64,000 bases of DNA from contig DAOTYE010000023.1 in assembly GCA_034434915.1 (NCBI GenBank), forward strand, positions 42 through 64,041, in the 5' to 3' direction. The notes under the pieces are model-generated. The model saw only the letters and a program-made list of their open reading frames with translations, was not told the DNA's origin and did not search any database. Below are positions 55,987 through 63,972 of this stretch, one piece after another. The DNA comes from Dehalococcoidales bacterium. GTDB taxonomy: Bacteria; Chloroflexota; Dehalococcoidia; Dehalococcoidales; RBG-16-60-22. The first letter of the stretch is position 1; every line of letters begins with the position of its first letter. The position numbers and the translations under genes are program-made.

Positions 55987-57522
55987 GTGAGAGGCATCAG
56001 GCGCGGTCTGATAGCGCTGTCCATAGTTGCGCTGGTGGTGTATTTGCTTCCTATGCCACAGGCACAGGCTGCCAGCTACAGCCGGGAATTAACTGAATCT
56101 CTCTCCCTTGCCGATAGCGTCGTGGCTCACAAATATTCACCGCTGGAATCACTTTCCCTTGCCGATGCCATCGTTGCCAATAAGTTTACGCCTACCGATG
56201 AAGGACTGCCTCTCACGGACTCCCTTCTGGTGGATATCTACCGGTTTTATACCAGAGATGTCTCTGACAACCTGTCATTTTCAGACCTGGTAGAAGCCAT
56301 CATCTACTGGTTCAACACCAGAGATGTCTCGGATAGCTTTTCCTTCTCTGATTTACTGAACATCTTGATTTACAGGCTATATACCAGGGATGCTCTGGAA
56401 GGATTTTCAACCAGTGACGCTCTGGTGATAAATAAGTTCACTCCGATAGAAGATGCCCTGGATTTTTCTGATGTGGTGAGGTCCGGGGTCCACCGCATGG
56501 GAGAAGGCGGGGCTGAAGGCGTGCCGATGCAGTATCTGCCTCTGCCAGCGCTGGTGACGCCGGAAGGCGTCTTTACCCAGACGGTGGTGCTCAAGTCTCT
56601 TGATAATAATTTGCAGGTGACTGTTGTGCAGGGCACTACGGCGACCAATAAGACCACGGGCGCGCCATTGCTCATCCTCAACGTCTTTGAACGGTCTCTG
56701 GCTTCAATGCCTGATTCTGCCAGCGACCCCACTTTCACTGCTCTGGCGCTCGGATTGGAGGACATTTACGTTATCGGGAAGTTGTATGAGCTGGGTCCTA
56801 AGGGCACTGTTTTTGATGAGCCGGTATTTCTGACCTTTACCTATGACCCGGCGGCTCTGCCTGCGGGCATCTCAGAGAGAAATCTGGTCATCGGCTATTG
56901 GGATGAGGAGCAGGGCATCTGGGTCCTGCTGGATTCAATTGTTGATACCATTCATCACACAGTAAGCGCCGCGGTGAACCACTTTACGGTCTTTGCCGTC
57001 CTAGGGCTGGTGCCCACTCCGGCCGCTTTTACCATAAAGGACCTGACCGTCTTGCCGCATTCAGTTGAAATCGGTGAGAAGGTGACAGTCAGCCTTTTCA
57101 TCAGCAACACCGGGGGCTCAGAGGGCACATACCCGGTGACATTGCTGGTCAATGGCGTGAAAGAGGCGGAAGAAAACGTAACCATTGCTGGCGGCGGCAC
57201 GGCGCAGGTGACGTTTACCCTGTCAAAAGAAGAGCCCGGTGAGTACAGCGTGGCAGTGGCAGGATTGGTAAGCAGTTTTATCGTGGCGGAAGAGGCCGCG
57301 CCGGCAGAAACTCCTGAAAAGTCAGTTATGGTCACGGAATCTCTGCCGCTTAAGATAGAACCTGTGTCACCATCACCACCGGCGCCGCCAGTGCCGGCAC
57401 CTGTGCCACCTTCAGAACATACCCCGACCTCTGCTTCAAACCTGTGGCTTATCCTGGCTATTGCCGCGGGAGCCATCAGTGCGGGGCTACTGACCTATTT
57501 CTTCATAAAGCGCCGAGCCTAA
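55987..57522 (+). CDS. Cell-surface protein: signal peptide, 7 short tandem repeats, CARDB-like domain, Pro-rich stalk, C-terminal TM anchor
   Basis: GTG start. The signal peptide ends at PQAQA-AS. Repeats span aa 34-170. The CARDB-like segment is 'LTVLPHSVEIGEKVTVSLFISNTGGSEGTYPVTLLVNG'. 'PSPPAPPVPAPVPP' is followed by 'LWLILAIAAGAISAGLLTYFFIKRRA'. Confidence 0.65.
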   Translation: MRGIRRGLIALSIVALVVYLLPMPQAQAASYSRELTESLSLADSVVAHKYSPLESLSLADAIVANKFTPTDEGLPLTDSLLVDIYRFYTRDVSDNLSFSDLVEAIIYWFNTRDVSDSFSFSDLLNILIYRLYTRDALEGFSTSDALVINKFTPIEDALDFSDVVRSGVHRMGEGGAEGVPMQYLPLPALVTPEGVFTQTVVLKSLDNNLQVTVVQGTTATNKTTGAPLLILNVFERSLASMPDSASDPTFTALALGLEDIYVIGKLYELGPKGTVFDEPVFLTFTYDPAALPAGISERNLVIGYWDEEQGIWVLLDSIVDTIHHTVSAAVNHFTVFAVLGLVPTPAAFTIKDLTVLPHSVEIGEKVTVSLFISNTGGSEGTYPVTLLVNGVKEAEENVTIAGGGTAQVTFTLSKEEPGEYSVAVAGLVSSFIVAEEAAPAETPEKSVMVTESLPLKIEPVSPSPPAPPVPAPVPPSEHTPTSASNLWLILAIAAGAISAGLLTYFFIKRRA

Positions 57523-57685
57523 TAGCCACTGGGCGCATCATGACCCAGACATTAGAAGTCCCCAATTTTACTTGATATTAAGCCTTGCTGGGGCTAAAAT
57601 ATCATCGGACTAAAAGAAAAAGCTCAGGGCGGTGCGAATGACTGGCAGTAAACACTTTTCACTGGTGCCAGCTTTAATGTTTCAT

Positions 57686-57757
57686 GGGCTCGTAGCTCAG
57701 TGGCAGAGCAGGCGGCTCATAACCGCTTGGTCGCAGGTTCGAAACCTGCCGAGCCCA
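57686..57757 (+). tRNA. tRNA with CAU anticodon (elongator Met, or Ile2 if lysidine-modified), no encoded CCA
   Basis: Acceptor gggctcg/cgagccc with a paired 1-72 position. The anticodon loop is cuCAUaa. The anticodon stem lacks the three consecutive G-C pairs of initiator tRNA. Confidence 0.85.
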
Positions 57758-57821
57758 GCTAATTACCCTCCGTCTTGCCCCGTCCAGCTTATGTATCAGA
57801 AACACGGTGGAAAGGAGCACC

Positions 57822-58916
57822 ATGGCAGAGACACAGGTACGCATCAAATGGCAATCGCTCAAAGCGTTCATGAAGGAGTTGTTCCTTAGGCTCGGCATGT
57901 CACCGGAGGATGCGGAGATAGAAGCTGAGGTGCTCATCTGGGCAAACCTCCGTGGGGTGGACTCTCACGGCGCACTCCTCCTCCCATGGTATGTGGATAA
58001 CCTCACCACTGGGGTGATGAACCCCAAACCTGACATAAAAATAGAAAAGGAGACCCCGGCGACCATTCTCATTGAAGCTGACCGGTCGCTGGGCGCCCCG
58101 GTGACGGTGTTTGCCATGAAGCGGGTGATGGAAAAGGCAAAGAAAGTGGGGGTAGGCTGGGGCATCATCCGCAACGTGACCCATCAGGGTGCAATTGGCT
58201 ACTATTCCCTCATGGCGGCGCAGGCAGGGATGGCAGGGCTTACCTTCACCTGCAATCCGCCAAACATGGCACCTTACGGGGCTAAAGCGCCTGGCGTGCA
58301 TAACAGCCCGATTGCTATCTCCGTGCCTGCTAAGCGACATCGCGCTCTCCTCCTTGACATGGCAACAAGCGTGGTCGCCGCCGGGAAAATCAGTCTTGCG
58401 GTGGACAAGAAAGTCCCCATTCCACAGGGGTGGGCATTGGACAAAGACGGCAATCCAACGACTGACCCGCGACAAGCAGTCATTCTGCTTCCTTTCGGCG
58501 GGGCAAAAGGTTCAGGGCTGGCGATGATGTTTGAGTGTCTTTCCGGCGTCATGTCAGGGAATCCCTTGCTGAGTCCGTCTCTGCTGGGCACTGACGCCGC
58601 TGCCGCAAAACCATCTGAACCGAAGCCGCGGCCGGGTCATGCCAGCAGACATATCCAGAATAGCGTCGTCGCAGCGATAAATATAGGCACCTTCACCGAT
58701 GTGGAATCTTATAAAGAACACATTGATAACCTCATTGACGGCATCAAAGCTCTGCCTAAAGCTGAAGGAGTGTCGGAAATCTTTGTCCCCGGCGAGCCGG
58801 AGTGGCGGACATATGACGAGCGGTCAAAGAACGGCATCCCTCTTCCAGATGGCACGGTCCAGAACCTGCGCCGTGTCGCTGATAGGGTGAAAATCAATCT
58901 GCCTGAGGGCCTTTAA
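57822..58916 (+). CDS. Ldh_2-family (malate/L-lactate/sulfolactate dehydrogenase type 2) oxidoreductase
   Basis: 'LRGVDSHG', 'NVTHQGAIGYY', 'NPIAISVPA', 'LDMATSVVAAGK' and 'GGAKGSGLAMMFE'. SD aaaggag precedes the ATG at 57822. Confidence 0.75.
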   Translation: MAETQVRIKWQSLKAFMKELFLRLGMSPEDAEIEAEVLIWANLRGVDSHGALLLPWYVDNLTTGVMNPKPDIKIEKETPATILIEADRSLGAPVTVFAMKRVMEKAKKVGVGWGIIRNVTHQGAIGYYSLMAAQAGMAGLTFTCNPPNMAPYGAKAPGVHNSPIAISVPAKRHRALLLDMATSVVAAGKISLAVDKKVPIPQGWALDKDGNPTTDPRQAVILLPFGGAKGSGLAMMFECLSGVMSGNPLLSPSLLGTDAAAAKPSEPKPRPGHASRHIQNSVVAAINIGTFTDVESYKEHIDNLIDGIKALPKAEGVSEIFVPGEPEWRTYDERSKNGIPLPDGTVQNLRRVADRVKINLPEGL

Positions 58917-58930
58917 ACAGGTCAGGGAAA

Positions 58931-59755
58931 TTGACTGACTTTTTGCAATGGGGACTGCTGGCGCTGATTGGGCTCTGTGTGGGAGTGTTAGGCACGCTCA
59001 TCGGGGCGGGAGGCGGTTTCATTCTCATACCCATCCTGCTCTTCATTTACCCCCAGGAAAGCCCGGCTCTCCTCACCAGCATCAGCCTGACCGTGGTCTT
59101 TTTCAATGCCCTGTCTGGCTCAATCTCTTACGGCAGAATGCACCGTATTGACCTCCGTTCCGGTCTCTGGTTTTCCTCAGCCGCCGTGCCCGGGGCTATC
59201 AGCGGCGCTTATGTCACCAGCTATCTCAATAGAGAGCTATTCCAGTTAATATTCGGGGTTATCCTGCTGCTGGTCGCCGTTTACCTGACCGCGCGCCCCA
59301 GGCGGAAACATGGTGGCAGTCACAACAGCATCAGCGGCGGCACGGTCAGGAAAATCACTGACTCAAATGGGCTAACCCACTCATATTCGTTCAATATGCC
59401 GCTGGGAATAGGCATTGCTTTCTTTATCGGCGTCATCGGTGGCATGCTCGGGCTGGGTGGGGGAATCATGCATGTCCCGGCGCTCACCCAGGTCCTTGGA
59501 TTCCCGGCGCACATCGCCACGGCGACATCTCACATGGTGGTCGCCATCACCGTCCTGGCGGCAATCGGCACTCATGCAGTATCCGGAACTATGTCTGAAG
59601 GTATTTTGAGAGCGCTGGTACTGGCAGCAGGAGCGGTCATAGGAGCACCGTTCGGAGCGCGCCTCTCCCAGAGAGTTTCAGAGACGGTCATTATCCGGCT
59701 GCTCGCCGCCGGGCTGGGAATTGTCGCCGTGCGGTTGCTCATTGCGCCGTTCTAG
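58931..59755 (+). CDS. TauE/SafE-family anion (sulfite/sulfonate-type) exporter
   Basis: TTG start. 274 aa with about 8 TM segments. 'GAGGGFILIPIL' and 'GLGGGIMHVPAL' form the internal repeat typical of the family. Confidence 0.75.
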   Translation: MTDFLQWGLLALIGLCVGVLGTLIGAGGGFILIPILLFIYPQESPALLTSISLTVVFFNALSGSISYGRMHRIDLRSGLWFSSAAVPGAISGAYVTSYLNRELFQLIFGVILLLVAVYLTARPRRKHGGSHNSISGGTVRKITDSNGLTHSYSFNMPLGIGIAFFIGVIGGMLGLGGGIMHVPALTQVLGFPAHIATATSHMVVAITVLAAIGTHAVSGTMSEGILRALVLAAGAVIGAPFGARLSQRVSETVIIRLLAAGLGIVAVRLLIAPF

Positions 59756-59802
59756 CGGCTTTTAATAATCATTGTTTGGAGCTGTTTTGAAGGAGGAAAA
59801 TC

Positions 59803-60975
59803 ATGTCATCAGCGCGAACATTCCGCATTCCACGATTGGTTATCACCGGCCCGGGGTCATCAGCACAGGTGGCTGAGGAGGTGAAGAAGCTGAAGGTCAA
59901 AAAAGGGTTGATTGTCACGGACAGGGTGCTGGTAAATCTGGGGCTGATTGATGGAGTCAAACAGGCACTACAGCAGAGCGCACTGCCTTTTTCCGTGTTT
60001 GACGGCGTCTCCACCGAGCCGGTCACGGAGTTCGTGCAGGACGGTCTGAGAGCTTACCGCGAGAATGGCTGTGATTACGTTCTTGCGGTGGGCGGTGGGA
60101 GCGCTATTGATACCGCCAAAGCCATAGCCGTGATGGCAAAGAACGCCGGTTCAATCACTGATTACCAGGGGTTTGACAGGATTCCAAAGGCAGGCGCGCC
60201 TGTTATCGCCATCCCGATGACGGCTGGCACCGGTAGTGAAGTTACCCCTTTCACCATCGTCACTGATACCCAGAGAAATGTGAAGATGCTTATCAGCAGT
60301 CCATTTTTGATGCCGGAGATAGCTATTGTTGACTCGCAGCTGACGCACAGCATGCCACAGAGCCTCACTGCGGCAACAGGGATTGATGCCCTGACTCACG
60401 CCATTGAAGCCTACGTCTCGCGCAAGTCTCAGCCTCTGGCTGATGTCTTTTGCCTTTCTGCTATCAGGCTTATCTCAGGAAACTTGAGACGAGCGTGGTC
60501 TAATGGAACTGATGGCGAAGCCAGAGAAAAGACCATGCTCGGCGCTCTGCAGGCGGGGATTGCCTTCAGCAACTCTTCTGTGGCGCTGGTCCACGGCATG
60601 GCGCGACCCATCGGGGCTTACTTTCATGTGCCGCACGGTGCCTCCAATGCGGCGCTGTTAAGCGTGGTGACAGAGTTCAGCCTTGAGGGTAGCCTGACCC
60701 GCTATGCCCAAATTGCCCAGGCGATGGGTGAAGACACCACCGGACTGGATGACTTACAAGCGGCACGGCTGGCGGTCAAGGCAATCAAAAAGCTGATTAA
60801 GGACATCAAGGTACCGTCTTTGAAAGAATTGGGCGTGGATAAAGCAAAGTTAACACAGTTGGCGCCGCGCATGGCTGATGACGCTATCGCCAGCGGCAGC
60901 CCGGGGAACAACCCGCGCCTGGCGACAAGAGAAGAGATAATAGAACTATATCAACGGGCTTACGAAGCGCAGTAG
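59803..60975 (+). CDS. Iron-containing (group III) alcohol dehydrogenase
   Basis: 'AVGGGSAIDTAKAIA', 'IAIPMTAGTGSEVT', 'GIDALTHAIEAY' and 'LVHGMARPIG'. Strong SD. Confidence 0.88.
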   Translation: MSSARTFRIPRLVITGPGSSAQVAEEVKKLKVKKGLIVTDRVLVNLGLIDGVKQALQQSALPFSVFDGVSTEPVTEFVQDGLRAYRENGCDYVLAVGGGSAIDTAKAIAVMAKNAGSITDYQGFDRIPKAGAPVIAIPMTAGTGSEVTPFTIVTDTQRNVKMLISSPFLMPEIAIVDSQLTHSMPQSLTAATGIDALTHAIEAYVSRKSQPLADVFCLSAIRLISGNLRRAWSNGTDGEAREKTMLGALQAGIAFSNSSVALVHGMARPIGAYFHVPHGASNAALLSVVTEFSLEGSLTRYAQIAQAMGEDTTGLDDLQAARLAVKAIKKLIKDIKVPSLKELGVDKAKLTQLAPRMADDAIASGSPGNNPRLATREEIIELYQRAYEAQ

Positions 60976-61081
60976 TGTTTGACAAGCAATGAGCGCGGGT
61001 CTTAGAATAGCCAAAGCGCAAGAATGGTCTTTTAGATTCCTCTCCCAAATCAGCTCTCATCAGTTGAGGAGGTGATTCCAT

Positions 61082-61924
61082 ATGCCTGTGGCAAGCGTTA
61101 ATGGCGTCAAGCTTTACTATGAAGTCACCGGAGACGGGTTCCCTCTGGTCCTCAGCCATGAGTTTGCCGGGACATATAGAAGCTGGGAGCCGCAGGTTAA
61201 GTTTTTCTCCCGCCGCTATGAGGTCATTACCTATAACCACCGCGGCTTCCCACCGTCTGATGCCCCGGCGGAGGCGAGCGCTTATTCACAGGAGATACTG
61301 GTGGAAGACCTGCACCGGCTCCTGCGTTATCTGGGCGTCCAGCAGGCATTCATTGGCGGGTGCTCCATGGGCGGTACGGTGGCGCTCAGCTTCGGCATTA
61401 CGCATCCTGAGATGACGAAAGGGCTAATCATCGTCTCCGCCGGCTCCGGCTCCAGCGACCGTAAAAACTTTGAGATTTCCTTGAGCGGGATGGCGCAACA
61501 GATTGAAACGATAGGCTGGAAAAAGCTGGCGGAAAGATATGCCCGCGAGCCAAACCGCATTCAGCTCCTGCGTAAGGACCCAAAAAGCTGGCAGGAGTTC
61601 CGAGATGAGCTTGCCGAGCATGACGATAAAGCTTCTGCGCTCCTCATCAGAGAGGTCATTCTGAAGCGACCGACCATCCCGGCGCTGGAGAATGAGCTCA
61701 GGCGTCTGCCGGTGCCCACGCTCATCATGATTGGCGATGAAGATGAGCGCTGTATTGAGCCAGCATGGCTCATGAAGAAATATATCCCCGGTGCCGGTTT
61801 GATTGTTTTCCCACAGTCCGGGCACGCCATCAATCTGGAAGAGCCGGATTTGTTCAATAGGGCAGTGCTTGATTTCATGGGCTATGTTGAGGCAGGCAAA
61901 TGGGCAGTGCGTTCATTACCGTGA
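61082..61924 (+). CDS. Alpha/beta-fold hydrolase
   Basis: 'LVLSHEFAG', the nucleophile elbow 'GGCSMGG', 'GDEDE' and the catalytic His context 'SGHAINLEEP'. Confidence 0.8.
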   Translation: MPVASVNGVKLYYEVTGDGFPLVLSHEFAGTYRSWEPQVKFFSRRYEVITYNHRGFPPSDAPAEASAYSQEILVEDLHRLLRYLGVQQAFIGGCSMGGTVALSFGITHPEMTKGLIIVSAGSGSSDRKNFEISLSGMAQQIETIGWKKLAERYAREPNRIQLLRKDPKSWQEFRDELAEHDDKASALLIREVILKRPTIPALENELRRLPVPTLIMIGDEDERCIEPAWLMKKYIPGAGLIVFPQSGHAINLEEPDLFNRAVLDFMGYVEAGKWAVRSLP

Positions 61925-62002
61925 TAGGCTTTACATAAAATTAGAGCTAATCAAATGTTCAGGATTCTATGGATATCGTTTAGAGTCTATCTTACTGAAT
62001 GT

Positions 62003-62040
62003 CCTTTGCTTTCTCACAGCAAAAGGCATTTTCTCTTTCC
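62003..62040 (+). terminator. Probable rho-independent terminator after the hydrolase gene
   Basis: cctttgct-ttctcac-agcaaaagg (8-bp stem, one extra A) is followed by the T-rich cattttctctttcc. Confidence 0.5.
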
Positions 62041-62182
62041 CCATTTTACTCTGCTGAGTTCCTCCTGATGACATGGGAAGGATTGAGCAAGGTGGAAATG
62101 CTTGACAAAGAACGGCTCAGCAGATTAAAGTAAATAGACCCGCTATGCTGAATTCAAAATGCAACACAAAGGAGGCAGATAC

Positions 62183-63208
62183 GTGGCAAAACCGGAGAAG
62201 ATTAAAGTAACATCAGTCCAGCAGGTTTGCATTGTGGTGAAGGACACCATGAAGGCAGTGGAGGCTTTCTGGAACATCCTCGGCATCGGTCCATGGAACG
62301 TGTTTACCTTCGGCTCGCCGAAGGTTGCCGACCTCAAGTATAGAGGGAAGCGGGTGTACGTGCCTTCGCTGGGTGCCGTGACCCAGTGCGGACCGATTGA
62401 GCTTGAGCTGTTCCAGGACGTTGATGGCAAGTCAGTCTATACCGAATGGATTGAGGAGCAGGGTGAGGGTCTGCATCATCTGAAATTCCTCACTGATGAC
62501 ATGGACATTGACAAGGTGGACCGGTATATGGAGTGGCTGGGCTTCCCGAATATCCAGTGCGGGCACTTCGGTCCGGAGCTGAAAAACCAGTTCAGCTATT
62601 ATGACACCAGGAAGGCGCTCAAGTGCATCTGGGAGACGAGCAACCGCAGCGGCGGCAAGCCACCCGGAGCAGTCCAGTATCCGAGCGAACCGAATGCCGT
62701 CAGCCCCGCCAAAGTGAAGGTGAAGGGGCTGAAACAGGTGGGCATAGTGGTCAAGGACGTCATCAGGACGGCGGAGAACTACTGGGACATCCTGGGCATC
62801 GGTCCATGGGAAATCCGTGACTGGGGCAACCGCGTGCTGTGGGACCGCACCTACATGGGCAAGCCAGCGTGGGGACGTGAACGGCTGGCTCATGCCTATC
62901 TCGGCGATCTTGAGCTTGAGCTGTTACAGCCGGTTGAGGGTGATTCCATCTATGCTGATTGGATTGAGGAGCACGGTGAAGGTCTGCATCATCTGAAATT
63001 CCTGTGCGATGATATTGACGCTACGTCTCAGGCGCTGGCGGAGCAGGGCTTTCAGAGCATCCAGAGCGGTCATTTCGGCGACCCGGCGAAGAAAGAGGGC
63101 GGGTTTAACTACTTTGACATCCCGCCGCTACACTGCATCTTTGAACCGGTGCATAAGCCCAAGAGCCTGCCTATTGAGCCAATCGCCATCATCCCGCCAA
63201 AGAAGTAA
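62183..63208 (+). CDS. Tandem-duplicated VOC (glyoxalase/bleomycin-resistance/dioxygenase) domain protein
   Basis: The two halves share 'V.IVVKD......FW.ILGIGPW', 'ELELFQ/LQ' and 'W(I)EE.GEGLHHLKFL.DD.D'. Start proposed at the GTG at 62183, 7 nt after SD aaaggagg. Confidence 0.75.
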   Translation: MAKPEKIKVTSVQQVCIVVKDTMKAVEAFWNILGIGPWNVFTFGSPKVADLKYRGKRVYVPSLGAVTQCGPIELELFQDVDGKSVYTEWIEEQGEGLHHLKFLTDDMDIDKVDRYMEWLGFPNIQCGHFGPELKNQFSYYDTRKALKCIWETSNRSGGKPPGAVQYPSEPNAVSPAKVKVKGLKQVGIVVKDVIRTAENYWDILGIGPWEIRDWGNRVLWDRTYMGKPAWGRERLAHAYLGDLELELLQPVEGDSIYADWIEEHGEGLHHLKFLCDDIDATSQALAEQGFQSIQSGHFGDPAKKEGGFNYFDIPPLHCIFEPVHKPKSLPIEPIAIIPPKK

Positions 63209-63230
63209 CAACAGGGGTTTGCCGCATTTA

Positions 63231-63271
63231 GGGGCGGAACTGCTGAGGCTGGTTCTGCCCCTTTTTGTTTT
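63231..63271 (+). terminator. Rho-independent terminator after the VOC gene
   Basis: ggggcggaac / gttctgcccc forms a 10-bp stem with one G.U pair and an 11-nt loop, followed by tttttgtttt. Confidence 0.75.
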
Positions 63272-63286
63272 GGCGCATACGCCTGT

Positions 63287-63364
63287 GTCTCTCCAGCGCA
63301 AACCTGGCATCCAGTCGGAAACGTTTGGTCTGCTTTCTGTGTTCCAGCTTCCGGCAAAATGACG
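63287..63364. repeat. Dispersed intergenic repeat, copy 2 (degenerate relative to 8231-8302)
   Basis: gtctctccagcgcaaacctggcatccagtcg and cttccggcaaaatgacg match the two terminal blocks of copy 1. The internal segment has diverged. Confidence 0.6.
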
Positions 63365-63378
63365 GATTACAGAAACAA

Positions 63379-63482
63379 GAAAAATTTCAGTTGCGCCGGT
63401 GAAAAATTTCTGGCGCAAAAAATTCGGCGCAAACTTTTCAGAAAAAATTTTCCCCAACCGAAACTTTCAAAAAGAAAATTTC
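63379..63482. repeat. Array of GAAA-N(1-4)-TTTC near-palindromes interleaved with GGCGCAA boxes
   Basis: gaaaaatttc occurs at 63379 and 63401 (identical, 22 nt apart), gaaaaaattttc at 63441, gaaactttc at 63460 and gaaaatttc at 63474. GGCGCAA occurs at 63412 and 63426, and inverted at 63391. Confidence 0.6.
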
Positions 63483-63972
63483 CTTGAAAGGGTGTCAGCC
63501 CGGGTGGAACGCCTCCTGCTGAGAAGGCCCGTTTGAACTACATATTACATAACATATATAGTGCGCCCCAAAGTAATTAGTGAATACACGGGAACATACT
63601 AAGATGGTTTCAGCAAATTTTGTTAAGTCTGTTTGCTTTTCTTGAGAGGTTAAAGATTTCTTGAGCTAATTCCTTGGCATAGAAATCAAATAATGCGTCA
63701 ACAGGTTGTTTCTTATTTTCAATTTCTTTTTTACTTCGTCAATAGCATGCTCGGGGAAACCTTTTTCTGAAGGCAATGTATGAAATGTTTTGTAGTACTT
63801 AATGCATATGAATCTTGTAAGAGCATTTAATGCGCTAAAAATCTTGAAACAATTCTTTTCTAAAATTCTCTCCTATTATAGTTTCAAGGGATATAGCTTT
63901 TGGCAGATAGGTTCCACACCTCATCACTATAGCTGTACCAATTGCAACCCCGAGGTTTATCCAGTTATCCGC

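Noticed and set aside
57632-57937. ORFs 57632-57889 (+) and 57674-57937 (-)
   Set aside because: Both cover tRNA(CAU) and the 5' end of the Ldh_2 gene. They are shadow ORFs.
63009-63457. ORFs 63009-63362 (+), 63109-63357 (-) and 63128-63457 (-)
   Set aside because: They overlap the VOC gene 3' end, its terminator, the dispersed repeat and the A/T motif array. They have no SD and their translations are low-complexity.
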